This document shows positions 41,078 to 51,098 of a DNA stretch of 64,000 nucleotides, piece after piece. Each line of letters opens with the position of its first letter. Position 1 is the first letter of the stretch. The DNA comes from a bacterium (GTDB taxonomy: Bacteria > UBA8248 > JACPRG01 > G963555815): positions 3,904,001 to 3,968,000 of the forward strand of contig OZ244653.1 of assembly GCA_965218795.1 (NCBI GenBank), read 5' to 3'. The notes beneath the pieces were generated by a model that was not told the origin of the DNA, searched no databases, and saw nothing but the letters and a program-made list of their open reading frames with translations. A program made the position numbers and the translations under genes.

Positions 41078-43174
41078 TCATTGATGCCCGTGCAGCAATT
41101 CGGTATAGGTTGGCAACGGCCACAGACGGCCGTCCACAATCTCCTCCAACCGATCCGCCACTGCCCTCGGGGATTTCATCAGCGGTTTAACGGTTTCGTG
41201 GGCGTAGGAAGCTGCTTGCGCGGGAGCATCCTCCGGGAAGTTGCCGAACGCCTCGGATAGCTTGTCCGTCTCCGTAAGCAGCTGCTGAACAAGATCATTC
41301 TTTTCTCTGAAGAGCTTGGAAGAGTAGCCGGATTCGATGCCCGCGCGGGCATCCTCGATGGCGACAGGGAGGATAAGGGTTTGCAGGATATTCAGCAGGG
41401 CCCGCGCCTCAATCCAAAGCTCCGTAGCGTACGCTTCCTGCAGTAAGTTTTGGCGAGCTACGAGCTCCCGTTCGTTGAAGATGCCTAGGTCGTCGAATAG
41501 CTTGAGGTTCTTGGTCGACGTAAGCTCCTGGTATGCCTCGGGGCTGCTCTTCAGGTGGATCAGCCCGGATTTCTCGGCAAATTCGTCTAACTCCTCGGAA
41601 TAACCGTTTCCGCTGAAGAGGGCGCCCTGGTTCTCCTTGATGGTTTCTCGGATGACCTGATCCACATCCTTGCCGGCGTCTATCTCATCGCACATATGCT
41701 TCAGGCTATCCGCTAGTGCGGCATTGACCATCGTGAGTGGGAACGCAATATGTTGGTTCCCACCCACTGCCCGAAACTCGAACCGGTTACCGCACCAAGG
41801 GAATGGTGCGGTGCGATTGCGATCTTCCAGATGAGCCTTGATGTCCGCCACTGGTGCGGACATTGGAATATCCCTGTCCTCCGTCCCATATCCTGTGAAC
41901 TTTCCACCCTCTGCGACTTGCCTCACGTGCTGTTCCAGAAGCCTGCCAAGTTGGAGTGTAATGATTGCCGGTGGTGCCTCCTGTGCACCAAGCCGGTGGT
42001 CGTTCCCGGCGGTAGAAACCCCGCATCGCATCAGATCGCCGTGTTTGTTTACCCCTCGCAACAGTGCGGCGACGAAAGCGATGAAACGCCGGTTTTCGTA
42101 CTCCGTTTTCCCCGGGACGAACAGACTGGCGCCCCTGTCCGTGCATAGACTCCAATTGTTGTGCTTGCCATTTCCGTTGATGCCCGCGAACGGCTTCTCG
42201 TGGAACAGAATCGCAAATCCGTGGTCGAAAGCCAGGTCGCGAAGCACCTCCATTGTCAAGACGTTGGTGTCTGCTGCCAGATTTGCTAAATTGAAGATTG
42301 GTGAGATCTCATGTTGCGCTGGAGCCACCTCATTGTGAGTGCAGTGAATCGAAACCCCCAGTTCCCACATCTTCTCCCTTGCCTCCGCCACAAATCGATT
42401 CACCCGTGGCGGCATTTTCGCGAAGTAGTTGCTCGACTGCTCTTGCCCGCGAAGCGGAGCGGCTCCCACCAAGGTACGGCCGGTCGCCACCAAGTCTGGC
42501 CGCGCCAAGTACCTCTCCCGATCGACTAGAAAGAACTCCTGCTCCCATCCGACGTTACATACGACTTGCATCGCCTCCAGGTCCCCTAAGTGCCGCAACA
42601 GCCGCACGCTCTGCTCGTTTACCGCCAAGTCGGCTCGCAATAGCGGGGTCTTTTGGTCGAGTGCTTCGCCGGTCAAAGAAACGAAGGCAGATGGGATATA
42701 CAGCGTTTGACGATAGACAAACGGCGGGGAGCCCGTATCCCAACCCATATAGGCTGCCGCCTCATGAGTTTCGCGGAGCCCTCCGCTCGGTAAAGACGAT
42801 CCGTCCGTCTCCGTTTGGAACAACTCAGAGCCCGACAGGTTTACAACCAGCTGATCCGTCTGGAAATCTACCTCCACAAATGTCTCGAGCTTCTCCCCGG
42901 GAATCGGTCCTCGCATCGGAGAGAACCAATGCGAATACCCGATACACCCTTTCGACTGCGCCCACTCTCGAACCGACTGCGCCAGCGCGTCTGCTTCGTC
43001 TTTATCCATCGGGAGTCCGGTCGCCCGACACCGCGCAAAAGCGTAATAAATATCCGGGTTGACCAGCTTTTTCAGGACCGCGTCATCCAGCACATTGCTA
43101 TTGATGTTTAATAATGTCGGCGGCAGGTCCGTCATGTGCTTCGGCGCATCGCGCGTGGAGTATGTATCCGTCAT
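41078..43174 (-). CDS. Glutamine synthetase type III
   Basis: About 700 aa; SHWF, DGSSLPSGGLR, GWEQEFFL, HNEVAPAQHE, HEKPFAGINGNGKHNNWS, HRLGAQEAPP, DRNRTAPF and NRFEFRAVG. Confidence 0.92.
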   Translation of the reverse strand: MTDTYSTRDAPKHMTDLPPTLLNINSNVLDDAVLKKLVNPDIYYAFARCRATGLPMDKDEADALAQSVREWAQSKGCIGYSHWFSPMRGPIPGEKLETFVEVDFQTDQLVVNLSGSELFQTETDGSSLPSGGLRETHEAAAYMGWDTGSPPFVYRQTLYIPSAFVSLTGEALDQKTPLLRADLAVNEQSVRLLRHLGDLEAMQVVCNVGWEQEFFLVDRERYLARPDLVATGRTLVGAAPLRGQEQSSNYFAKMPPRVNRFVAEAREKMWELGVSIHCTHNEVAPAQHEISPIFNLANLAADTNVLTMEVLRDLAFDHGFAILFHEKPFAGINGNGKHNNWSLCTDRGASLFVPGKTEYENRRFIAFVAALLRGVNKHGDLMRCGVSTAGNDHRLGAQEAPPAIITLQLGRLLEQHVRQVAEGGKFTGYGTEDRDIPMSAPVADIKAHLEDRNRTAPFPWCGNRFEFRAVGGNQHIAFPLTMVNAALADSLKHMCDEIDAGKDVDQVIRETIKENQGALFSGNGYSEELDEFAEKSGLIHLKSSPEAYQELTSTKNLKLFDDLGIFNERELVARQNLLQEAYATELWIEARALLNILQTLILPVAIEDARAGIESGYSSKLFREKNDLVQQLLTETDKLSEAFGNFPEDAPAQAASYAHETVKPLMKSPRAVADRLEEIVDGRLWPLPTYTELLHGHQ

Positions 43175-43615
43175 GGGTTTTTCCTTTCTCAATTAGTTCG
43201 TCGGGCGGCTATGTGACTTCTGCGGCTACCCTCTCATTCTTGACAATCCGAGCATGAGGGTGAGGGATTTCCCCTATACGACCAGCCTCCTCGCCCCGAG
43301 CTTGCCGAAGGGCGCACATACCGTTCCCCTCGATCTCGAAGACCTCGCTGATAGATATCCCTAAGAGAGCAGAGCGCAAACTTTGCATTCCGCTTCCAGA
43401 GGTCCTTGGCGATTGGATCGGAGCAGGACTGTTTTGAAGATACTTTTGACGCACGTCCTTGTCGCCGCCCGCCTCCGATGTTCTGTTAAGGCACTCGGAT
43501 TCAGACGGCCTCAATATGAAGCCAGGGCCTGTTAGATCGCGGCCCAAGTAACTAAACCAAACTTTACGATGTGCGGTCCAGCCGCTGCGAGAAGATACGA
43601 TCTAGTACATCTTAT

Positions 43616-44616
43616 CCGACATTTCCCAGATGGCGGCCCATCCACCCCGATCCAAGATAGAATATCCGAATCGACGGCTGTCGACAAGCCGGATTGCGCC
43701 GTGTCGTGTCACTTTGAACGTCGAAACCGTCTGATTGGCTGCTCGGATGGCCAGACCGACCCAATTCCGGCCCGTTCAGCATGATGCCGGGCGCTCTTCG
43801 CCGTCGGTGGGGCGATCGTGGTCGGTTTCGACGCCGTCAACATCGCGACAGTTCTCGCGGTCGGAGGTCGTCGATCATCTCCAGGATGCGCCGAAACAGT
43901 TCGCGCGGCACCGCCACTTCGGCCATCAGGAAGACGCTGTAGCGAGCACGGGCAATGACCTTCGCGCCGATCTTGACCACCTTTCTATCTCGACCGGTAG
44001 GGCCAGTGTGCGTAGAAAGTTGGCCATGTTGTACGCCAGGGCGTGAAGCTGGAGGCGGACGGCATTGGCCATCATCGAAGCGGCACGACATGCGGGTCCA
44101 CCGCCCCGACAGGTTGGCCAGAGCGGCGAGATTCGCCTTTCGCGTCAGCGCCTCGGTCTCGAACCGTCCCATCTGGCTGGTGGAGGCGGCCTCCTTCGTC
44201 ACCGCCCGACCACCGACGATCCAGCGTATCGCCGGATCATGGCCGAGCCGGTCGGCGTCGTTGACATCCTCGTATCCGGCCAGGCGCCCGAACACCGACT
44301 GGCGAAATTGCGCCGTCAGTGTGTGGCGGCCATTCCTCCCAGTCCGGGTGTCGGCGAGAGCCTGGCCAGCCATTTCGGTCAGGCCAAGGGCATCGTCGAG
44401 TTCACGGAAGGCGAGCCGCCCGGCATCGGAGGTGACCCTGGAACCGTGGAAGTCCAATTTCAGACGGCGGTCAAATTCGAGCCGCAGACCGCCCAATTCC
44501 GTTCACCCGCCACGCTGTCCATTCCCTACCCCGTCAATCATCTTCATCTCATTGTTTTATATAGCGGATTCTCGCATCAAGGTCAAAAAATAGTTCGGTC
44601 ATCTGGGGAATCCGGG
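43616..44616 (-). mobile_element. Internally deleted IS1380-family element
   Basis: ORF 43837-44496 has the N-terminal [34 protein letters not shown] joined to the C-terminal VKIGAKV...MAEVAV, with the DDE core missing. Imperfect TIRs CCGACATTTCCCAGATG (from 43616) and CATCTGGGGAATCCGGG (to 44616). Confidence 0.8.
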
Positions 44617-44735
44617 TGTATACTTCATTTTAACTTGTGCGGGAAACCCAGGCCCACCTGACTGAATAAGAAGGGTGGATTTTACCGCTTCCATCGGATC
44701 AAAGATTGAATTCAGACGAATAAAAGGAGAAGCCA

Positions 44736-46229
44736 ATGGCCAAGGCCACCAAGCGTTCCACCTCGGCCAGAAAGGCGGCCGGGGGAACGCAAAAAAACCA
44801 GGAAACCAAGCGTTCCACCTCGACCGAAAAGGCGGCCGGGGGAACGCAAAAAAACCAGGAAACCAAGCGTTCCACCTCGACCGAAAAGGCGGCCGGGGGA
44901 ATACAAAAGGACCAGGAATATGTCCTTCGCATGGCGAAGGAGCACAATGTCAAGTTCGTCCGATTCTGGTTCACGGACATGTTGGGGCACCTCAAGAACT
45001 TCCTCATCACGCACGATGAGCTCGAGGCCACCATGTACGAGGGCCAGGGGTTTGACGGTTCGTCCATCGAGGGATTCGCCCGGATCGACCAGAGCGACAT
45101 GGTGGCCATGCCCGACTCCTCGTCTTTCGAGATTCTCCCCTGGATGAACGATGCGGGAAACAACGTTGCACGGATGTTCTGCGACATCGTGAACCCGGAC
45201 CGCTCGCCCTTTGAAGGGGACCCCCGATACGTCCTGAAACGCAACCTGGCGGAGGCCGCCGAGCTGGGATACACCTTTTGCGTCGGGCCCGAGCTCGAGT
45301 TCTTCCTGTTCAAGAGTTCGGACGGGACGGAGGTCCTGGATCACGGCGGCTATTTCGATATGTCGTTCCTGGACGTGGCTGCGGATTTCAGGCGCGAAGT
45401 CATCGAAACGCTCCAGTCGGTTGGGATCGTTATCGAGTACGCTCATCATGAGGTCGCCCCCAGCCAACACGAGATTGACCTGCGCTACACGGAGGCCCTC
45501 ACCATGGCGGACAACTGCATGACCTACCGTGTGGCGGTGAAAGATACCGCCTTGAATCACGACTTTTACGCCACTTTCATGCCGAAGCCTCTGTTCGGGG
45601 AGAACGGAAGCGGCATGCACGTTCATCAGTCGCTTTTCAAGGATTCCAGGAACGCATTTTACGATTCCAAGGATGAACACTATCTCTCCGACGTGGCCAA
45701 GCACTACATTGCAGGACTCCTCCGGCACGTCCCCGAGGTCACCCTCGTCCTGAATCAGTGGGTGAATTCTTACAAGCGCCTGGTGCCGGGCTACGAGGCG
45801 CCCACGAACCTCGCCTGGGCGGTCGGCAACCGCTCCAGCCTCGTGCGCGTCCCCAATTACAAGCCCGGCCAGGAGGAGGCCACTCGAGTCGAGCTGCGGA
45901 ACCCGGACCCCGCGTGCAACCCCTACCTGGCTTTCTCGGTCATGCTGGCGGCCGGTCTGGCCGGTATCAAAGGAAAGTACGAGCTTGCCGCTCCGACGAA
46001 CTGGGACGTCTACCAGATGACGGCGAAAGAACGCGAGAAGCTCGGCATTCAGCAGCTGCCCTCCGATCTCAGCGAGGCCATCCGGTTCGCCGAGAACAGC
46101 GAGCTTCTCCGCGAGTGCCTGGGCAGGCACATATTCAGGAACCTTTTGGAAAACAAGAGAAAGGAGTGGCACGAATACCACGCCCGCGTGTCCCAGTTCG
46201 AGCTGGACAGGTACCTGGCCATCTTGTAG
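44736..46229 (+). CDS. glnA: Glutamine synthetase type I (GSI-alpha-like)
   Basis: FDGSSIEG, GPELEFF, HHEVAPSQHE, FMPKP, NGSGMHVH, YKRLVPGYEAP and RVELRNPDPACNPY. AAGGAG RBS. Confidence 0.93.
   Translation: MAKATKRSTSARKAAGGTQKNQETKRSTSTEKAAGGTQKNQETKRSTSTEKAAGGIQKDQEYVLRMAKEHNVKFVRFWFTDMLGHLKNFLITHDELEATMYEGQGFDGSSIEGFARIDQSDMVAMPDSSSFEILPWMNDAGNNVARMFCDIVNPDRSPFEGDPRYVLKRNLAEAAELGYTFCVGPELEFFLFKSSDGTEVLDHGGYFDMSFLDVAADFRREVIETLQSVGIVIEYAHHEVAPSQHEIDLRYTEALTMADNCMTYRVAVKDTALNHDFYATFMPKPLFGENGSGMHVHQSLFKDSRNAFYDSKDEHYLSDVAKHYIAGLLRHVPEVTLVLNQWVNSYKRLVPGYEAPTNLAWAVGNRSSLVRVPNYKPGQEEATRVELRNPDPACNPYLAFSVMLAAGLAGIKGKYELAAPTNWDVYQMTAKEREKLGIQQLPSDLSEAIRFAENSELLRECLGRHIFRNLLENKRKEWHEYHARVSQFELDRYLAIL
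44748..44918 (+). repeat. In-frame tandem repeat, 3 x 57 bp, at the glnA 5' end
   Basis: TKRSTSARKAAGGTQKNQE / TKRSTSTEKAAGGTQKNQE / TKRSTSTEKAAGGIQKDQE. Confidence 0.95.
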
Positions 46230-46283
46230 TAGGGCGGCCGATCCTGTGGCCGCCATCGGAAGGCGGGCTGGAGCCCGCCCTAC
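46229..46283. repeat. GTAG-type REP doublet (second copy at 46509-46559)
   Basis: GTAGGGCGGCCGATCCTGTGGCCGCC-ATCGGAA-GGCGGGCTGGAGCCCGCCCTAC. Confidence 0.7.
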
Positions 46284-46711
46284 CGTTGAAGCACGGCGAA
46301 AAGGGCCGAATCTCCGGGGGGGGTCGGTCCTTTTCTTGAACCCTTCCGGTTGCCCGATCCATCTGTATCACGTCATTGGACATGGAGCGTGACGAGGCGA
46401 ATGCATTCCGGCAAGTCGCCGAATGACGCGAAATTCCGTTTCGTGAGCGGGTCCTTTTGAAAAATCTCGTCGGCTCGGAAGAAAAACATGTACAGGGTGA
46501 CAGCCGGGCAGGGCGGTCATCCTGGCCGCCATCGGAAGGCGGGTTGGAAGCCCGCCCTGTTACGGCGCCGGCTCTTGGATGACGGCGGAGAATGGATTCC
46601 CGCCTACGCGGGAATGACCGAAAGAGCCTGCCCCCGCATGGTTTCAGCAGGGGCCATACACGGCTACAGCGGAAGGCTGGAGAGGTTCTTCATGGCGGAG
46701 AGCGGTGGCCC

Positions 46712-46750
46712 AAAAACAAAGGGCCGGCGGTTCATTTCGCCAACCCTTTG
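46712..46750 (-). terminator. Probable intrinsic terminator downstream of the tRNA
   Basis: Minus strand CAAAGGGTTGGCG-AAATGAAC-CGCCGGCCCTTTG followed by TTTTT. Confidence 0.65.
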
Positions 46751-46758
46751 ATTTCATC

Positions 46759-46834
46759 TGGTGGAGCTGAGGGGGATCGAACCCCTGACCTCATGACTGC
46801 CAGTCATGCGCTCTCCCAGCTGAGCTACAGCCCC
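46759..46834 (-). tRNA. tRNA-Ala (anticodon GGC)
   Basis: GGGGCTGTAGCTCAGCTGGGAGAGCGCATGACTGGCAGTCATGAGGTCAGGGGTTCGATCCCCCTCAGCTCCACCA: 76 nt, G3:U70, TTCGA loop, encoded CCA. Confidence 0.97.
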
Positions 46835-46900
46835 ATGTCCGGCTGAATTTAGCACTCGGTGCCGGCAATCGCAACGCAAAGTGGACGGGCGAGGGTTTCT

Positions 46901-47764
46901 CTAACTGCCGCCGAACCCCTCGGAAGATTTGTAGCGCTGTACCTCGTCGTACAGCCGGGCCACGAAGATCTTCTGCAGGCCGGGAGCCCTGGACTCGAAC
47001 TCGGCCGGGACCGGCTGGCGGTCGATGAACGTGATGGTCTCCATCGCCTCCGCCTTGCTGACCCCTGTCTCGATGGCCTCCTGAACCGTCCCGATCGCAT
47101 CCTCCACGATCTGTTTCATCATGTCGAACAACTCGGCCCCCCCCGGTTTTCCGTGGCCGGGGATCACAATCTCCGCATCCAGCGACTTGAGATAATCGAG
47201 GGTCTCCAGCCAGTCGTAGGGGAGCGAGTCGTGGTACCAGGTCATCACTTCGTTGAACACGTTGTCGGTGGCGAACAGGACGCGCTCTTCCGGGATGTAG
47301 ACCGCCGTATCGTTCGGCACATGGCCATTCAGCGGGATAGCTTCAATCGCCACCTCTCCCAGATACAGGTTCATCTTCCCTTCGAAGGTAATCTCCGGCT
47401 CGCGGGCCTGGTATGTGCCGGCCGCGTCCAATCGCTCGGGATCGAACATTTCAATGAAGACCTCGGGTGTTTTCATGAAGTTCGGGCCGAACGGGGCATC
47501 GTCCCAAAAAACGTCCTTGATGTACTGATGGGCGATGATTGTTCCCGGAACGAATGCGTTTCCGAAGACGTGGTCGGCGTGAGGCTCGGTGTTGAGAAGG
47601 TACTTGATCTGCCCCAGGCCCTTGATCTCCTCCAGCCAGCGCTCGGCGCGCGTCGGGTACTGGGGCGAATCGACCAGGAGGACGCCCTCTTCGGTTTGAA
47701 TGGCGCCAATGCAGCAGGGGCCCTCCATCGCGTCGATGTAAACGTGTGGACTGACTTGCTCCAT
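46901..47764 (-). CDS. Metallo-beta-lactamase-fold hydrolase
   Basis: LLVDSP, NTEPHADHVFGN, GHVPND, LFATD and IPGHG. Confidence 0.82.
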   Translation of the reverse strand: MEQVSPHVYIDAMEGPCCIGAIQTEEGVLLVDSPQYPTRAERWLEEIKGLGQIKYLLNTEPHADHVFGNAFVPGTIIAHQYIKDVFWDDAPFGPNFMKTPEVFIEMFDPERLDAAGTYQAREPEITFEGKMNLYLGEVAIEAIPLNGHVPNDTAVYIPEERVLFATDNVFNEVMTWYHDSLPYDWLETLDYLKSLDAEIVIPGHGKPGGAELFDMMKQIVEDAIGTVQEAIETGVSKAEAMETITFIDRQPVPAEFESRAPGLQKIFVARLYDEVQRYKSSEGFGGS

Positions 47765-48769
47765 GTCGGAACCCTCCGGTTGGTTCCCGCGGCCGGCGGC
47801 CAGAAATATCGATTTCGAGATCGTACCCCCGCCGATACGGACGCGTCAATTGACCCATGTGAGTCATTACGCATCGGGGGTGGGGGATGTCGAGCGTTCC
47901 ATTCATTTTTATCTGAACGTCGTGGGCATCGACATCACGGAGCGGTGCTCCGACGGGTCGGCCTAACATGCGGCGGGGAGCCGATCATCACTGTCTGGCG
48001 CTGTATCCCATGGATTTCAAGCAGTCCCATGATCCCGAGGCTTCGGGGCGGCCCGGGCTGGACCACCTGAGCTTTTGCCGTACCCGATCGCTCAGACGTG
48101 GATGCGGCCGCCAAGGTGCTCAAGGACGCGGGGGCGCGCATTCTGGCCGGATCCGCCGAATGGGATGGGCCGGGGAGTCCCTACGGCATCCGGTTCTGCG
48201 ACCCCGATGGCAACCGGATTGAGAACTGCGCGGACATGCGGGAATGGATCGGCCCGGAAAACCCTCACGCCGCCAAGCCCACGAAGCTCGGCCATGTCTA
48301 TCTGCACGTAGGGAACCCCGCCCGAACACTCGGCTTTTTCACAGATGTTCTCGGATTCCACGTCACGGATTGGATTGCCGATTTCTTCATTTTCATCACT
48401 TGTAATTCCGACCACCACGTCTCGGCCCTCGTCGAAGGTCCCGGCCCGAGCATGAATCATGCGGGGTTCGAAGTGGAAGACGCCGCGGCAATGGTGAGGG
48501 CGGCGGACATCTCGTGGAAAAACGGGGTGGAAACCCTCTGGGGGCTCGGGCGGCACGGCCCGGGTCACAACCTGTTTATCTACTATCCGGACCCCGACGG
48601 GAACGTTATCGAGATCTTCGCCGAGATGGACCGGATTCACGATTTCGACAATTACAAGCCTCTGCAATGGAATCCGGAGGATGCAGGCTGCGTCCGGACC
48701 CGCCACATCACCCAAAAGTTCACCGAAGGCGCCGCAATGGTTGGCAAGCGCGCCAACGCGGGCGGGTGA
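47763..48769 (+). pseudogene. Two-domain VOC/extradiol-dioxygenase-like gene broken by two frameshifts
   Basis: Three consecutive ORFs give V.DVERSIHFY..VVG / DHHCLAL..GLDHLSF / CDPDGNRIE..KLGHV..DHHV..MNHAGF..GRHGPGHNLF.Y.DPDGNVIE. One extra base near 47965 and one near 48075. The 5' end is uncertain. Confidence 0.75.
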
Positions 48770-49065
48770 GGTCGAGCGTGGCCGGGAAGAGAGGGCGCCG
48801 CAGCGGGGGAGGGAAGGCGAAATGGGACGAGGACGTCCGGAGGCGCTGGGGCGCGCGGACCGTTTCCTCGGAAACCGGTTTTGTCTTTGATGATAAAGGC
48901 GTGAAGTCCTCTCGCCGCAGGCTTCCCGTACAACAGGTTCGTCATGTGACCGCAGGGGAGTTGCAACCTGTCTGGCCGCCTGGTCCCACCCAATCCCATT
49001 CACGGATCATGATGTCGGGTCCAGTGGTCAACCCAATCGATTGACTGTGCTATATTGCCTCCGTC

Positions 49066-49827
49066 ATGAAGAGTGCCGACCGGAAAAGGGTGCTGAGAGA
49101 ATCCCCCCCTGCGTGGTCTTCTCCGCAAGGATGGGCAAGGTTCTTTTGGTTTGTCTGGATGTGGTTCTGTACCAGCCTTGCGATGATCTACCTGAAGATC
49201 CTGAACCGGATTCGATTTGAGGGCCTTGAGCACATTCCCGAGAACGGCCCGGTGCTGATTGTTTGCAACCACATATCCGACCTCGACCCCATCGTCTTGA
49301 TGGCCTCGCTCCTGGTTCGCTTCCCCACCACCATGACGCGGGCGGTGGCCAAGATGGAGCTTTTCAAGACCCAGTTCCGATCTTGGGTTCTCCAGAGTTA
49401 CGGGTGTATTCCGGTGAATCGGAATGGGCGGGACATCCGGGCGATGCGCCAGATTCTCCATGCATTGAGACGCGAAAGGGTGTTGATTTTCCCGGAGGGC
49501 ACCCGGAGCATGGACGGCCGGCCCCTGCGCGGGAAGCGGACCGTGGGCCGATTTGTCCAGTGGTCCCGCCCCGTGATCGTCCCGGCGGCCGTGTGGGGAA
49601 CCATTGAAGCTTTGCCGCCCCGAAGCTCCAGGCTCCGGATCGGCAAAGAGTTCGGCGTCCGCTTCGGTCCGCCCCTGGACATGGAGGCCTTCTACGAACT
49701 GCCCTGGACCAAGGAGGCCAGCCAGGACATCGCGGATCACCTCATGGCCGAGATCACCAAGATTGTAGAAGAGTTGAAGGACGAGGGCCGGGTCATCGAG
49801 ATCGGAACCGTCCAGTTCAGTACTTGA
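49066..49827 (+). CDS. 1-acyl-sn-glycerol-3-phosphate acyltransferase (PlsC family)
   Basis: NHISDLD (HxxxxD), AKMELF, FPEGTRS and IVPAA. Confidence 0.88.
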   Translation: MKSADRKRVLRESPPAWSSPQGWARFFWFVWMWFCTSLAMIYLKILNRIRFEGLEHIPENGPVLIVCNHISDLDPIVLMASLLVRFPTTMTRAVAKMELFKTQFRSWVLQSYGCIPVNRNGRDIRAMRQILHALRRERVLIFPEGTRSMDGRPLRGKRTVGRFVQWSRPVIVPAAVWGTIEALPPRSSRLRIGKEFGVRFGPPLDMEAFYELPWTKEASQDIADHLMAEITKIVEELKDEGRVIEIGTVQFST

Positions 49828-50000
49828 GAATCCCCTCCGTCTCAGTGAAAGATTGCCGCACGGGATTTCGCTATGGGTGGGGGTGTGCCGGGATATATCC
49901 CATAAAAGCCCGCTAAATCCCGGTATATCCTGGTATACAGCGCGCTTCCCCGATTTGACCCGATTCGTCGATACTCTGTTCCATGAGGCGGTCATCTCCC

Positions 50001-51041
50001 ATGCATTTGACCCGCGATCAAGAATACCGTTTTCTGTCCGAGTGCCTTACGGCAGCCGGTGTCCGCCCGGACGCCGCCGAACCCTCGGCCGATCAGATGG
50101 TCGAGGCCGATCTTCGGGGACACAGCTCCCACGGGATCATCCGTCTGGCCGGACTGGTCCAGTCGATCCGAAAGGGAATCGTGAATCCGGACCCCGACAT
50201 CAAGACCCTGAGCGACAGGCCGGCGGGTTGTCTCCTCGATGGCGACGCCGGGTTGGGGGCCTACGTCGGCCGGGAAGCGATCCGGCTGGCCATGTCCAAG
50301 GCAAGGGATGTGGGCGTCGGGGCCGTGGGCGTCCGAAACGGACACTACACTGGACTGTTGGGCTACTTTTCGGATTTCGCGGTTCGTGAGGGGTTGGTCG
50401 CCATCATCACGAGCGGGACGCCTCCCATGGTCCACGTGGCGGGGGGGCGATCGTCCGTGCTCGGGACCAATCCCCTTTGCATCGGTGTGCCGGGAAAACC
50501 CTATCCCGTCATGCTGGACATGGCCACCAGTGAAGCCGCCCGCGGCAAGATCCTGGCCGCCATGAAAAAGGGGGAATCCATCCCCGATGGCTGGGCCGTG
50601 GACGCGGCCGGAAATCCCACAACGGACCCGAAGGAGGCCCTCGATGGCGCGCTCAGCCCGTTCGGCGGCCACAAGGGATCAGGCCTGGCCGTCATGCTGA
50701 GCCTGCTGGCCGGACCCCTCGTCGGCGTTCGACCCGGCACCGAATTCGATCCCTCCCTCTTTCCGGGCGGCATCACGAACAGGGGGGATCTCTTCCTGGT
50801 GATCGACCCCGGGCTGTTCGGATCGGCCGACAAGTGCAGGGAGAACGTCTCGTGGTTTGCGGATGCGATTCGCAGCGCCCCGAAGGCCCCGGGGCATGAC
50901 GAGATCCTCCTCCCCGGCGACCGCGCTTACCGCACGCGAGAAAGAAGGTTGAGGGACGGCATCCCGATAGCCGACGCCATCTGGGAAGACGCCCAATCCT
51001 GGGCGAAGGAGCTGGGCCTGTCGGCCGACGTGGTTCCCTGA
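50001..51041 (+). CDS. Ldh_2 family oxidoreductase (malate/sulfolactate/ureidoglycolate dehydrogenase-like)
   Basis: ADLRGHSSHG, GTNPL, LDMATS, PTTDP, GGHKGSGL and LPGD. Confidence 0.88.
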   Translation: MHLTRDQEYRFLSECLTAAGVRPDAAEPSADQMVEADLRGHSSHGIIRLAGLVQSIRKGIVNPDPDIKTLSDRPAGCLLDGDAGLGAYVGREAIRLAMSKARDVGVGAVGVRNGHYTGLLGYFSDFAVREGLVAIITSGTPPMVHVAGGRSSVLGTNPLCIGVPGKPYPVMLDMATSEAARGKILAAMKKGESIPDGWAVDAAGNPTTDPKEALDGALSPFGGHKGSGLAVMLSLLAGPLVGVRPGTEFDPSLFPGGITNRGDLFLVIDPGLFGSADKCRENVSWFADAIRSAPKAPGHDEILLPGDRAYRTRERRLRDGIPIADAIWEDAQSWAKELGLSADVVP

Positions 51042-51098
51042 ACCACAACGCTGGGAAGTTTGGTTTAGGGAAACGCGTTATCCCCTGTGAGCAAGTAG

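Noticed and set aside
43209-43547. 112-aa ORF upstream of GSIII with faint PII-like wording
   Set aside because: No T-loop or GDGKIF motif; the similarity is not convincing.
44617-44735. Glutamine (glnA) riboswitch upstream of glnA
   Set aside because: I could not find the conserved motif, and the adjacent upstream sequence is the IS1380 end.
44748-44918. Possible CRISPR array
   Set aside because: Contiguous in-frame coding repeats with no unique spacers and no cas genes.
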